From: a virus
Taxonomy: Duplodnaviria; Heunggongvirae; Uroviricota; Caudoviricetes
DNA length: 34,992 nucleotides
IMG/VR virus record: IMGVR_UViG_3300028888_000071
Coordinates: 86,638-121,629 of that record
Reading direction: 5' to 3' (one strand)
A model generated the notes under the pieces. It was given only the letters and a program-made list of their open reading frames with translations. It was not told the DNA's origin and searched no databases. How positions within the stretch are numbered: the first letter of the stretch is position 1; each line of letters begins with the position of its first letter. This document shows positions 6,716 to 15,381 of this stretch, one piece after another. The translations under genes and the position numbers were made by a program.

Positions 6716-8713
6716 ATGGAAAAGAAAAAAACGTTACTAATCGTAGAACAGACAAATACGGACTTGAAGCAGTCTGTATCTGAAAGTTCAGATGTGATAT
6801 ATCTTGAAGGCACGTTTACCGAGTTCAAAGTGAGAAACAGGAATGGACGAATATATGAAGCTAATGATTTCCTTCCGAAGATGAACGAGCTCATGCCGAA
6901 AATCGAGAAACACACTTTGCTTGGCGAGCTTGACCATCCTGTCAATTTTGATGTATCACTGAAAAATGTGTCTCATGTTGTTGAAAAACTAGAGTATGAT
7001 GAGAAAAACGACAGAATCATTGGAAAAATCAGACTGCTGAACACTGATGCTGGAAAGCAAGCACAAGCACTTGTCCAAGCAGGAATCCCTCTTCATATAT
7101 CATCAAGAGCAGCAGGACAGATAAACCCGCAAACCGGAAAAGTGACACTAGAAAAACTGTTCACTTATGATTTGGTAGCAGATCCCGGATTTGAAAACGC
7201 AGAACTCAAACGAGTGAATGAAGCATACGGCTTTTCTGATTTAGAAAACGTTTACATTTATGAGTGCGAGATGCCGACTGAAACTGAAAATGACAATATA
7301 GAAAATATATCTAAACAAATGAATAATGTTATAACAGAAAAGAACACAAATGTCAACGTTTCTGATTTCCAAAAATACACTGAATACATTGCAGGTGTTA
7401 TTGAAGGAGTCAAAAGCAGTATCGATGATCTCAAAAAACAAATCAAAGTGAATGAATCTGCGAACGCTGTCGTTGCTGAACCAAGCAACAATGAACAACT
7501 CACACAATATGTGAACTATCTGGCTGAGCGGGTCCAAGCAGTAAGCGACCACAGTGACTATCTTGCTGAACAGCTCCAGAAGAACTGTGACCACAATGAC
7601 TATCTTGCAGAACAAGTCGAAAAGGCAATCGATTTCTCAGACTATATTGCTGAGAACTTAGACAACAGCATCAAATACAGCCAGTATCTTGGCGAAAAAC
7701 TTGATGAGAACTTCGCGCACAATGACTATCTTGCAGAACAGCTGCAGAAGAACTGTGACCACAATGACTATCTTGCTGAACAGCTGCAGAAGAACTGTGA
7801 TCATAATGACTATCTTGCTGAAAAACTTGAGGTCACCGGAAACTTCACCAACTACCTTGCTGAAAATCTTGAGAAGAATTTTGAACACAATGACTATCTT
7901 GCAGAACAGCTTCAGAAGAACTGTGACCACAATGACTATCTTGCAGAACAGCTGCAGAAGAACTGTGACCACAATGACTATCTTGCTGAACAGCTGCAGA
8001 AAAATTTTGACCATAACGATTATCTTGCAGAAAACATCAATAACTCATTCAAATACCAAGAATATCTTGCTGAACAGCTTCAAGAAGTCGCCGATGAGAC
8101 TAATATGATCAGTGAGTCAAATAAGACGAAGTCAGAAACTGTTGAAACCAAAGTCAATGAAAGCAAAATCACTCCTGAACCTGTGGCAAACAGCAACAAA
8201 GAATATATGTCAAGCATCACTGAGAAACTTGATGCGTTATTGTCTGCTCAGATGAACATGGTCAAAGAAGACAATTTCTTGAACTTCCTTTCTGAATCTC
8301 GCAAGCAAGAATTCAGCTCATTGCAGCCTGAAGTGCAAGAAATGATTACTGAGGCAATGAATGCTGCAAAAGTGAAGAACGAAACCCAAGCTAATATGGT
8401 TTGGAAGAAAGTCTATGAGTCAAAGAAAGGGCTGGATCTTGTTGAGAACATGCCTGCCGTTTATCGTGACAAATGGAATGCTTTGTCTGACAAACGCAAA
8501 GCAGAAATATTGAATGAAGCTAAGTTCTACAACTTGAAGGGAACTAACGAAATTGAATATTTCTGGTCAACAAGAGATCTGCGCGACAACACCGCTATTC
8601 TTGAAAGAGTCGACACTGATTCTGCAAAGACTTGGACATATGACAAAAACCAGCAAAATGATTACATATCAAATGTCCTCAACCGCGCAAAGAAAAACAT
8701 GAGAGGCTGGTAA
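6716..8713 (+). CDS. gp21: Prohead core protease (T4 gp21-like) fused to scaffold/core domain
   Basis: NRNGRIY, GELDHP (His), ISSRAAG (Ser), DLVADPG; followed by long coiled-coil repeat region. Confidence 0.92.
   Translation: MEKKKTLLIVEQTNTDLKQSVSESSDVIYLEGTFTEFKVRNRNGRIYEANDFLPKMNELMPKIEKHTLLGELDHPVNFDVSLKNVSHVVEKLEYDEKNDRIIGKIRLLNTDAGKQAQALVQAGIPLHISSRAAGQINPQTGKVTLEKLFTYDLVADPGFENAELKRVNEAYGFSDLENVYIYECEMPTETENDNIENISKQMNNVITEKNTNVNVSDFQKYTEYIAGVIEGVKSSIDDLKKQIKVNESANAVVAEPSNNEQLTQYVNYLAERVQAVSDHSDYLAEQLQKNCDHNDYLAEQVEKAIDFSDYIAENLDNSIKYSQYLGEKLDENFAHNDYLAEQLQKNCDHNDYLAEQLQKNCDHNDYLAEKLEVTGNFTNYLAENLEKNFEHNDYLAEQLQKNCDHNDYLAEQLQKNCDHNDYLAEQLQKNFDHNDYLAENINNSFKYQEYLAEQLQEVADETNMISESNKTKSETVETKVNESKITPEPVANSNKEYMSSITEKLDALLSAQMNMVKEDNFLNFLSESRKQEFSSLQPEVQEMITEAMNAAKVKNETQANMVWKKVYESKKGLDLVENMPAVYRDKWNALSDKRKAEILNEAKFYNLKGTNEIEYFWSTRDLRDNTAILERVDTDSAKTWTYDKNQQNDYISNVLNRAKKNMRGW
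7502..8089 (+). repeat. 14 tandem 42-nt (14-aa) coding repeats, consensus CDHNDYLAEQLQKN
   Basis: 14 Y[LI][AG]E motifs at exact 14-residue spacing. Confidence 0.95.
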
Positions 8714-8824
8714 CAGCCTTTCATGCTTTTTGCTTGGACAAATGAATTATGGCTATGACACATGTCAAGAGAATAGATGAAATCTCAAGATATGACATCA
8801 TAAATATATGAATAAACGAAAGTA

Positions 8825-9289
8825 ATGTACGACGTCATAATAGCAATTAGCACAATATTCACCATGATAGTTGGAACGGGTGGTATTTTGTTCTACAAAC
8901 AGGGCAAACGTCTTAAAGCAGCTGAAGCGGCAGCTGCCGAAAAAGATGTGTTGAGACGCGACTTGGAAAACCAGAAAAGCACAAATGACGAATGGATCCG
9001 TCTATACAACGAGACTAAAACTGAACTGCTCAGTTCACAGACAAAAGTGAATGAACTTCAGAACAAACTCCAGAAATCAATTGAAGTCGAAGGCCACCAG
9101 AGACTTGTCATAAACGACTTGACTTGGTCGAGATGTATCGTCAATGGATGTCCAAATCGCGTGCCACCGAGGAATTTCGAGAAAAAACTTGAGAAAATCG
9201 AAAACTTGCACGATGACATCACACGCACATCAGAAACATCCAAACAAGAATTTGATTTTGAAGAGGGAGAAATTGATATCGACAGATAA
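8825..9289 (+). CDS. Membrane-anchored coiled-coil protein, possible holin-like lysis protein
   Basis: Single N-terminal TM, coiled coil, C-terminal CIVNGCPNRVPP motif recalled from Bacteroidota prophage lysis modules. Confidence 0.5.
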   Translation: MYDVIIAISTIFTMIVGTGGILFYKQGKRLKAAEAAAAEKDVLRRDLENQKSTNDEWIRLYNETKTELLSSQTKVNELQNKLQKSIEVEGHQRLVINDLTWSRCIVNGCPNRVPPRNFEKKLEKIENLHDDITRTSETSKQEFDFEEGEIDIDR

Positions 9290-9314
9290 TGAAAACAAAA
9301 TAACACAACTCAAG

Positions 9315-9340
9315 AACCTCCGCTTTTGCGGAGGTTTTTT
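9315..9340 (+). terminator. Intrinsic terminator followed by late promoter TATAAATA (9341-9348)
   Basis: AACCTCCGC-TTTT-GCGGAGGTT plus T-tract. Confidence 0.9.
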
Positions 9341-9365
9341 TATAAATATAAAAAGACATCTAAAC

Positions 9366-9815
9366 ATGAAAATATTGAAAACAGACAATTTTGTTTCTGA
9401 ACGAATGAAGTTCAGACCAGTGACGAATGCTGAACTGGAACAAATACAGAAAGATATAAAAGACAAAAAGGAAATTTTGTTTTTAGTTTGGCCAGAATCA
9501 CATAACACAGTAAGCAAAATAATAAAGTATATTGGATCTGAACATAAAGCATGCACGCAAGATGATTGCTGTGGTTTCATACTGAATATTGATGACATTA
9601 GAAAACTCGCGAAAAGCAAAATAATTCATATGGGAAACCGTGAAACCTCAGATTATGTGTTTATGGTGAATCCGGACACAAGTGAAGAAGACATGAAAGA
9701 AATGATAACCAGTTCTCCAAATTTTCCATATTTGTACAATGTCATCAGAAAACCGGAATACACGCGGCAGATATTCTCAGCAATTGAGTTAGAAGATGAA
9801 CCATACTGGAAATAA
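9366..9815 (+). CDS. RPVTNAE-leader family protein 3 (start 9366, not 9144)
   Basis: MKILKTDNFVSERMKFRPVTNAE; the track start spans a terminator and promoter. Confidence 0.85.
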   Translation: MKILKTDNFVSERMKFRPVTNAELEQIQKDIKDKKEILFLVWPESHNTVSKIIKYIGSEHKACTQDDCCGFILNIDDIRKLAKSKIIHMGNRETSDYVFMVNPDTSEEDMKEMITSSPNFPYLYNVIRKPEYTRQIFSAIELEDEPYWK

Positions 9816-9828
9816 ATATAAGCAAAAC

Positions 9829-10251
9829 ATGAAAATACTAGACATAAGCCAATTCATAGCCGAACGCATGAAGTTCAGACCAGTCACAAATGCAGAAATG
9901 GATGTTGCAAAAGAACAAATAAAGAAAGCGCTAGAGAACAAAGCAAAGGATCCAAGAATGTGGGAGATTGGCGACATAGCTTACACATCATGGGGGTATA
10001 GCATGACACTAGTCGATTTCTATAGACTAGTCAGACGAATAGGCAAAGTGACATTTGAATTTGAAACGCTTGACTCTAAGATTGTTTCAGGAAGCTATAC
10101 AAGCCCAGCAGGATGCTACGAAGTTCCGAATGAAAGCAAACCGGGAGGTTTGGTGAGAGGACGTATTGACAAAAACGGCTATCTTAAAATGCAGGGACGT
10201 TATCTTCACTTGTGGGACGGCAAACCTGTTTATGCAAATCATTGTGACTAA
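9829..10251 (+). CDS. RPVTNAE-leader family protein 4 (start 9829)
   Basis: MKILDISQFIAERMKFRPVTNAE; payload GDIAYTSWGYSMTLVDFY...WDGKP. Confidence 0.85.
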   Translation: MKILDISQFIAERMKFRPVTNAEMDVAKEQIKKALENKAKDPRMWEIGDIAYTSWGYSMTLVDFYRLVRRIGKVTFEFETLDSKIVSGSYTSPAGCYEVPNESKPGGLVRGRIDKNGYLKMQGRYLHLWDGKPVYANHCD

Positions 10252-10271
10252 TTGAATAAATAAACGCAAAT

Positions 10272-10553
10272 ATGAACACAGACAATATAACAAACGGCCA
10301 CGGCCAGACTGAAGAAATGAATGTTGTTGCTCAGCAGCAAGCAGAACAGACAGAAAAAGAATTCAAGAAAGAACCGAGAAAAAGTGGTTACACTCCGCCT
10401 GTGTATGTTCAGCAGAAACAGAACAAGAAAGATGAGTCAAGTGAAGGCGGAAAACATGAAACGAACATCACACAAGGTAGAGGCTATGTGAAAGATTTCG
10501 ACTCTTGGGTGAACGACAAAGCAAAAGAGACTAAAGACTACAACAACGAATGA
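10272..10553 (+). CDS. Small hydrophilic hypothetical protein
   Basis: 93 aa, highly charged, C-terminal YVKDFDSWVNDK. Confidence 0.7.
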   Translation: MNTDNITNGHGQTEEMNVVAQQQAEQTEKEFKKEPRKSGYTPPVYVQQKQNKKDESSEGGKHETNITQGRGYVKDFDSWVNDKAKETKDYNNE

Positions 10554-10747
10554 TAATAGCGCTTCTCATATTTCTAACAATAATCGCGATCATCGCTGTA
10601 GTGACATATGTCATATGCTTTGGAATGGGCGCTTCTGCAATCGTGATTGTGGTGGTTGGAATCCTCATCGTTGTCGGATGCACTATAGCAGGCGTGATTA
10701 AACTTATAAACAAACAGAAAAAGCAAAATGAGAATATTAGACACTAG
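10550..10747 (+). CDS. Small membrane protein
   Basis: Two hydrophobic segments and basic tail; ATGA overlap with upstream gene. Confidence 0.65.
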   Translation: MIIALLIFLTIIAIIAVVTYVICFGMGASAIVIVVVGILIVVGCTIAGVIKLINKQKKQNENIRH

Positions 10748-11345
10748 CCAATTTGTCTCAGAACGCATGAAGTTCAGGCCAGTCACTAATGCAGAATGGG
10801 AGCAAGTGCATGACAATATTGTTCCAAAATACAAGTATTTTCCGAAAACTAAATTAGAACTTAGACGATTGATACAGGACATAATGTCCCGTAAAGGGAC
10901 TAACTGCGATTTGAATGACATTGATGTTACAGAAATAACTGATATGTCTTATCTATTTGCTGACAAAGATGAACGTTGCATTCCTTTTAACGATATAGTA
11001 TGTGAGTTCCACGGAGACATTTCTAAATGGGATGTGTCAAAAGTCACCAACATGAATAGCATGTTCTGGGGAGCAAGATCATTCAATTGTAACATTTCTG
11101 AATGGGATGTCTCAAATGTGACCAATATGGAAGGCATGTTCTGCCAAGCAACAAAATTCAACCAGAATATAAGCCATTGGAAAACGTCAAGCGTTGTTGA
11201 CATGTCATATATGTTCCAAAACGCTTCTTCATTCAACCAAGATTTGAGTGGCTGGAATGTGAAAAACGTACAGTGTTATACTTTGATTTTTATGGATAGT
11301 CCATTAAAAAATTCTCCAGACAAATGGCCGCATTTCGCAGAATGA
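10728..11345 (+). CDS. RPVTNAE-leader family protein 5 carrying a DUF285 (BspA-like) repeat domain
   Basis: MRILDTSQFVSERMKFRPVTNAE; repeats WDVSKVTNMNSMF, WDVSNVTNMEGMF, WKTSSVVDMSYMF, FNQDLSGWNV. Confidence 0.9.
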   Translation: MRILDTSQFVSERMKFRPVTNAEWEQVHDNIVPKYKYFPKTKLELRRLIQDIMSRKGTNCDLNDIDVTEITDMSYLFADKDERCIPFNDIVCEFHGDISKWDVSKVTNMNSMFWGARSFNCNISEWDVSNVTNMEGMFCQATKFNQNISHWKTSSVVDMSYMFQNASSFNQDLSGWNVKNVQCYTLIFMDSPLKNSPDKWPHFAE

Positions 11346-11585
11346 TTATTCTGCTAACTTAAACTTGCCGTCTTTCACAGTGTAAGTCTCAAGTTTTGTC
11401 ATGCGTTTGCCTCGTTTCACTCCAAAATCAGTTTTGAATTTCCTTCCGTCTTCAAGCTCAAACACCCAGTCATAGAACCACGCATTGTATGTCCCGTCAG
11501 GAAGCGTGTGGATGCTTGGGTAATTTTCTTCAGAATCGTCAAACATTACGATTTGACGCTGCATGATATCTGACATTTTCTTCAT
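11346..11585 (-). CDS. Hypothetical protein (likely start 11585)
   Basis: ORF abuts DUF285 gene; minus-strand TATAAATA at 11606-11613. Confidence 0.65.
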   Translation of the reverse strand: MKKMSDIMQRQIVMFDDSEENYPSIHTLPDGTYNAWFYDWVFELEDGRKFKTDFGVKRGKRMTKLETYTVKDGKFKLAE

Positions 11586-11613
11586 AATAAAACTTTGATA
11601 TTTGTTATTTATA

Positions 11614-12288
11614 TCAATAAACAATAAAGTCTTTCTTGACTTCTTCTATTTTGTTCTCCCAAGTGCTTCCAGAATAGTCATCATTGTGTGAATTTATCTC
11701 GTAATAGTCTAGTTCAAACCCAACTCGTTTCAGATATGCGCCACGGTATTCGTCGCCACATACTGTTGCGTAAGCATCTACATCAAACAAGAACTTTTTG
11801 AGAAGTCCAGTGTCTTTGTAGAAAGCATCCACAAAACGATACATTTCTTCAGCATGCTCAATCCAAGCGTATTTGCCAAATCCAGTGATGCCGCTTTTGT
11901 CATATATGATCATGTCACGAAGCCAGTCAAGCAAGTCACTTGCAGTTTTCACGACATTTTCAGAACTTGCTCTTTCTGAAATCCAGCCAAGAATCAAATC
12001 TTTCCATTTGTTGATTTCAGATATCATGTCTGGCTTGTCTTTTTTAGCACAATGTCCTTTGTGCTGCTCATAATAGCAGATAAGCATGAATGCATATGAA
12101 AGCTTGCCGTTTATGTCGTCTAGCATTTCAAGCAGTCCTCTTCCAAAAGTGTAATGACTTCCAAACCCATTGATGTTGTATTCAGATATGGGCCATTCGG
12201 ACTCAATCATTTCTCTCTTGGGAATCACTAATGTATGACAGGTTGACGAATTCGTTTCAAACACGTTTTTTCTAATCTGGATTTTCAT
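11614..12288 (-). CDS. FETNSS-leader family protein A
   Basis: MKIQIRKNVFETNSSTCHTLVI. Confidence 0.85.
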   Translation of the reverse strand: MKIQIRKNVFETNSSTCHTLVIPKREMIESEWPISEYNINGFGSHYTFGRGLLEMLDDINGKLSYAFMLICYYEQHKGHCAKKDKPDMISEINKWKDLILGWISERASSENVVKTASDLLDWLRDMIIYDKSGITGFGKYAWIEHAEEMYRFVDAFYKDTGLLKKFLFDVDAYATVCGDEYRGAYLKRVGFELDYYEINSHNDDYSGSTWENKIEEVKKDFIVY

Positions 12289-12294
12289 AACTAA

Positions 12295-12924
12295 TTATTT
12301 TATATTGATATTGATTCTTTTGTTGTTTACCACAAGCACGTCTTTGCACTTGTCTGAATAAATGATGAGTGAGTCTCCATTTTCCATAAGCATATGCTTC
12401 TCATCATATCCCTTCAACACCGATATATTCAGACTGTGCTTGTAGTAAAGAACTCGGTCGCCAGTCTTGATGGGAGTCCCGTTGACATCAGTCAATTCGT
12501 GATGTGGCTCTTGCTTTTCGCCAATCACTTTTTCGATATTCTCTATGTGGCTGTAGACATTCACATGAAAAGTGACAGTGTCATCTGAAACGACTGTGGA
12601 GATTTCCATGTCAAACATGTCGTCTTTGATGGCAACTGTGCCTGCTCCCAAAAGTTTCTCTTTTTCTTCTTCCGTGATATACGCAGAAAGAGAAAGTTTC
12701 GTGTCACGGTCAAACTGCTTGTGCATGTTCGCAAGCAGGCCGTTCTTGGCAAATGAAAGCTTGTACATTTTCAAACACCCTATGACAGGATAGAAACGGT
12801 AATGCTTAGTGATGTCTTCACCAAGCAAGTCTTTGATGTAATTCTTGAAATGCACTTTCAGTCTCTGGTTTGTCTCATGAAGAGCGGTGTAACCGTAAAC
12901 TCCCTTAATGTCTTTATTCTTCAT
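12295..12924 (-). CDS. Hypothetical protein
   Basis: 209-aa ORF, first gene after early-type promoter 12949-12978. Confidence 0.75.
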   Translation of the reverse strand: MKNKDIKGVYGYTALHETNQRLKVHFKNYIKDLLGEDITKHYRFYPVIGCLKMYKLSFAKNGLLANMHKQFDRDTKLSLSAYITEEEKEKLLGAGTVAIKDDMFDMEISTVVSDDTVTFHVNVYSHIENIEKVIGEKQEPHHELTDVNGTPIKTGDRVLYYKHSLNISVLKGYDEKHMLMENGDSLIIYSDKCKDVLVVNNKRININIK

Positions 12925-12944
12925 AATCTTATTTTTGTTGTTTA

Positions 12945-12978
12945 TATAAATATAACAAAATACTACATAAAATTACAT
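12945..12978. promoter_or_regulatory. Overlapping divergent promoters: late TATAAATA (+, 12945-12952) and early-type ATGTAA-N18-TATATT (-, 12978-12949)
   Basis: Both motifs match instances elsewhere in the window. Confidence 0.7.
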
Positions 12979-12979
12979 T

Positions 12980-14518
12980 ATGGTTGATTATCAGAAAAAA
13001 ATAAATGAAAGACTTGACCGATACATGCCACATTGTGTTGTCGCGTTGAATGAAGCAGAAGACAGCAAAAAATATGTAGACAAAGCTCCACAGATAAAGG
13101 GATATTTCAAACTCATAAGTGTCAGATACATGAAACGTGTGAGTGACATAAAGAAAATGTGTGTCGAATACATAAACACTTTTGTAGATGGCGCGCTTAA
13201 CATCGCGAAAAACATGGATGATGTGAAGCTTTGCAAAGGCATAGACAGTCTTTCCACCGATCTTGACTTTGAGGCAGAAGGCGTGAGCACAAACCATGAA
13301 ACGAAAAAGTCAGACAACAAAAGCGGTGTGCTGTTCTTGACAATGGACAAAGCTCTGAAGACTAAGCTTGACACAATCATCGAGAAAGTAAGAGAGCGTT
13401 CTAAGAAATCTGAAATGCTCAGGGAATGGGCTACACTTATGCTGCTGCAGTCAAAGATAACAGCAAGTGACATCATCATCGATGAAACCACGAAAATGCT
13501 CAAAGATGAAAAGACGAAAAAAGAGCAAGAGAGCAAAAACGAGAAAGCAAAAAAAGATGCTGAACAGAAACTTGCTGCATTAGAAGCAGAACACAAGAAA
13601 TACCAGAAAGACTTGAACGATTTCATCGAACAGTATGGTGAACCAGCACAATGGTTCAAAAACAAAGATGTGAAACTCAAAGATCTGGTAGAACTCGCGA
13701 ACGGTTTTTCGGAAGATGACTTCTCGAAAGCACTTGATGAAGATTCAGAACTAAAGAGCCAGCGTCTGAAATTCTACGACACATATTCTGACCGGAAAAA
13801 AGCAGACACTGACTTAGAACAAGAACTTAAAGACACAGATTTCAACAATTTGGATCATGACATACAGAATTACATATATGCGTGTATCGTTGTAGACAAG
13901 TCAACTGCTGACGGAAGTTTCATCGCATCGCCCATTGACATATGCATAGCAGTGAGCAACAACAAAGACGCAGAGACTCTTCTCAAAAAGCAGGGACGTG
14001 ACAAAACAGTCGATGGGATAGACTTGAGCAAATACAAGATAAAGTTCAGCGATGAAGCAAAAGCTGAAGAAGCATTCAAACAGTTCATAAAAGACAAGTC
14101 ATTCGCGTTCAGAGCAGTGTATTATTTCTCAAGACTGTTTTCAGCAGACAAAAGCGTTCTTGCTGAGTCAAACAGGATTCATGTGCTGAAGTCAAGCGAA
14201 TTCATCTGTGAGCAGATGTTTGACAACACAATGAGTCTCGCTGACGCAAGTCTTGCCATAATGGATGTCCTTGACGACTGTGAAGACGGCTGCTTGTATG
14301 TTGGCAACATCCCCGGGTTTGATGAAGTAGACTACATAATGCTAGATGGCGATGGCGGCTGGGGAATGTATGCTGAACATGGCGACTTGCAGCGTGCGTT
14401 GGCTGGCGAAGGACCACAGAATGCATGTCCTGTCAAACTTACAGACAGCCACAAGCTTGCTCTGCTCACTACATTGTTCGACAAACTCACTGAAGATTTA
14501 GCATCAAAATTGAAATAA
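12980..14518 (+). CDS. Large charged coiled-coil hypothetical protein, candidate internal head protein
   Basis: 512 aa; N-terminus MVDYQKKINE|R; late promoter upstream. Confidence 0.8.
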   Translation: MVDYQKKINERLDRYMPHCVVALNEAEDSKKYVDKAPQIKGYFKLISVRYMKRVSDIKKMCVEYINTFVDGALNIAKNMDDVKLCKGIDSLSTDLDFEAEGVSTNHETKKSDNKSGVLFLTMDKALKTKLDTIIEKVRERSKKSEMLREWATLMLLQSKITASDIIIDETTKMLKDEKTKKEQESKNEKAKKDAEQKLAALEAEHKKYQKDLNDFIEQYGEPAQWFKNKDVKLKDLVELANGFSEDDFSKALDEDSELKSQRLKFYDTYSDRKKADTDLEQELKDTDFNNLDHDIQNYIYACIVVDKSTADGSFIASPIDICIAVSNNKDAETLLKKQGRDKTVDGIDLSKYKIKFSDEAKAEEAFKQFIKDKSFAFRAVYYFSRLFSADKSVLAESNRIHVLKSSEFICEQMFDNTMSLADASLAIMDVLDDCEDGCLYVGNIPGFDEVDYIMLDGDGGWGMYAEHGDLQRALAGEGPQNACPVKLTDSHKLALLTTLFDKLTEDLASKLK

Positions 14519-14519
14519 T

Positions 14520-14735
14520 ATGAGAAGAATATTCAGATTCATAAAAGCTTTGTTCAAATATGTCGTTTACGGACATTTCAAGAACGTCACATTTGAAGAA
14601 TATGTCGAGAGACTTGCCAGATGTTCATCTTGTGAATTTCTAGACAAAGAAAAGTGGTGCTGTGGTGTTTGTGGTTGCTATGTCAGCAAGAAAGCAAAAT
14701 GGGCAACAGAAGAATGCCCTGAAGAAAAATGGTGA
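14520..14735 (+). CDS. Small Cys-rich Zn-binding protein (DUF6171-like)
   Basis: RLARCSSC...CCGVCGC...K...CPEEKW. Confidence 0.75.
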   Translation: MRRIFRFIKALFKYVVYGHFKNVTFEEYVERLARCSSCEFLDKEKWCCGVCGCYVSKKAKWATEECPEEKW

Positions 14736-14742
14736 CAGAGTA

Positions 14743-14934
14743 ATGAATGTGTGGATTGCGAGAGACATTGATGGCAGACTGTTCATGTATTTTGTGGAGC
14801 CAGTGTTTAGCGGTAAATACTGGAAAGCCGACAAGTATTCATCAATGGTTGACATAAGCAACACAGAACTAGACGAAACATACAAGTCGCTCAGTTGCAA
14901 AGACGGGCCACTTAAACTCAAACTGAGAAAATGA
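14743..14934 (+). CDS. Small hypothetical phage protein (start 14743)
   Basis: MNVWIARDIDGRLFMY..P motif recalled from small phage ORFs. Confidence 0.7.
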   Translation: MNVWIARDIDGRLFMYFVEPVFSGKYWKADKYSSMVDISNTELDETYKSLSCKDGPLKLKLRK

Positions 14935-14935
14935 A

Positions 14936-14960
14936 AAAGCCAGTCGATTGACTGGCTTTC
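14936..14960. terminator. Bidirectional terminator
   Basis: AAAGCCAGTC-GATT-GACTGGCTTT between convergent genes. Confidence 0.85.
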
Positions 14961-14973
14961 AGTTGCGTTCAAC

Positions 14974-15369
14974 TTAGTCTAAGTTGTATTTTTTGTATTC
15001 GGGATATTCTTCAAAAAACAGGTCAAAGTCATTTTCTTTCATCACTCTTTTCCAAAATACATATGGACTTATTTCCCCTATATATGAAGACCTAGCCCAT
15101 GTGAATCCTCCACTCTGTTTATCTGTTCCAGAATATCCATATTTCTGAAATAATGTGACATTTGGGCGGTTTCCCTGTCTTTGCTGTTCTTCTAACATTT
15201 TGACGACAACGCCCATTGGAAATTTTTCTATGTATCCAACCAAATCGTCTTTAGTCAAACCAAATGGATTCTTGCTTATGTCTTTTTCTATTTGCTCCCA
15301 TTCTGCATTAGTAACTGGCCTGATCTTCATTCGTTCAAAAACAAATTGATTTGTGCCTGATATTTTCAT
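14974..15369 (-). CDS. RPVTNAE-leader family protein 6
   Basis: MKISGTNQFVFERMKIRPVTNAEWEQ; payload FPMGVVVKMLEEQ.RQGN...GGFTW...FW..V...FDLFF..YP. Confidence 0.85.
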   Translation of the reverse strand: MKISGTNQFVFERMKIRPVTNAEWEQIEKDISKNPFGLTKDDLVGYIEKFPMGVVVKMLEEQQRQGNRPNVTLFQKYGYSGTDKQSGGFTWARSSYIGEISPYVFWKRVMKENDFDLFFEEYPEYKKYNLD

Positions 15370-15381
15370 TATATTAAATTT

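Noticed and set aside
7502-8089. 42-nt tandem repeats as a CRISPR array
   Set aside because: No unique spacers, in-frame coding repeats with synonymous variation, no cas genes
9144-9365. N-terminal extensions given by the ORF track (9144, 9796, 11624, 14662, 20820, 22783, 26371)
   Set aside because: They overlap upstream genes or span terminators and promoters; downstream ATGs align with family leaders or domain starts
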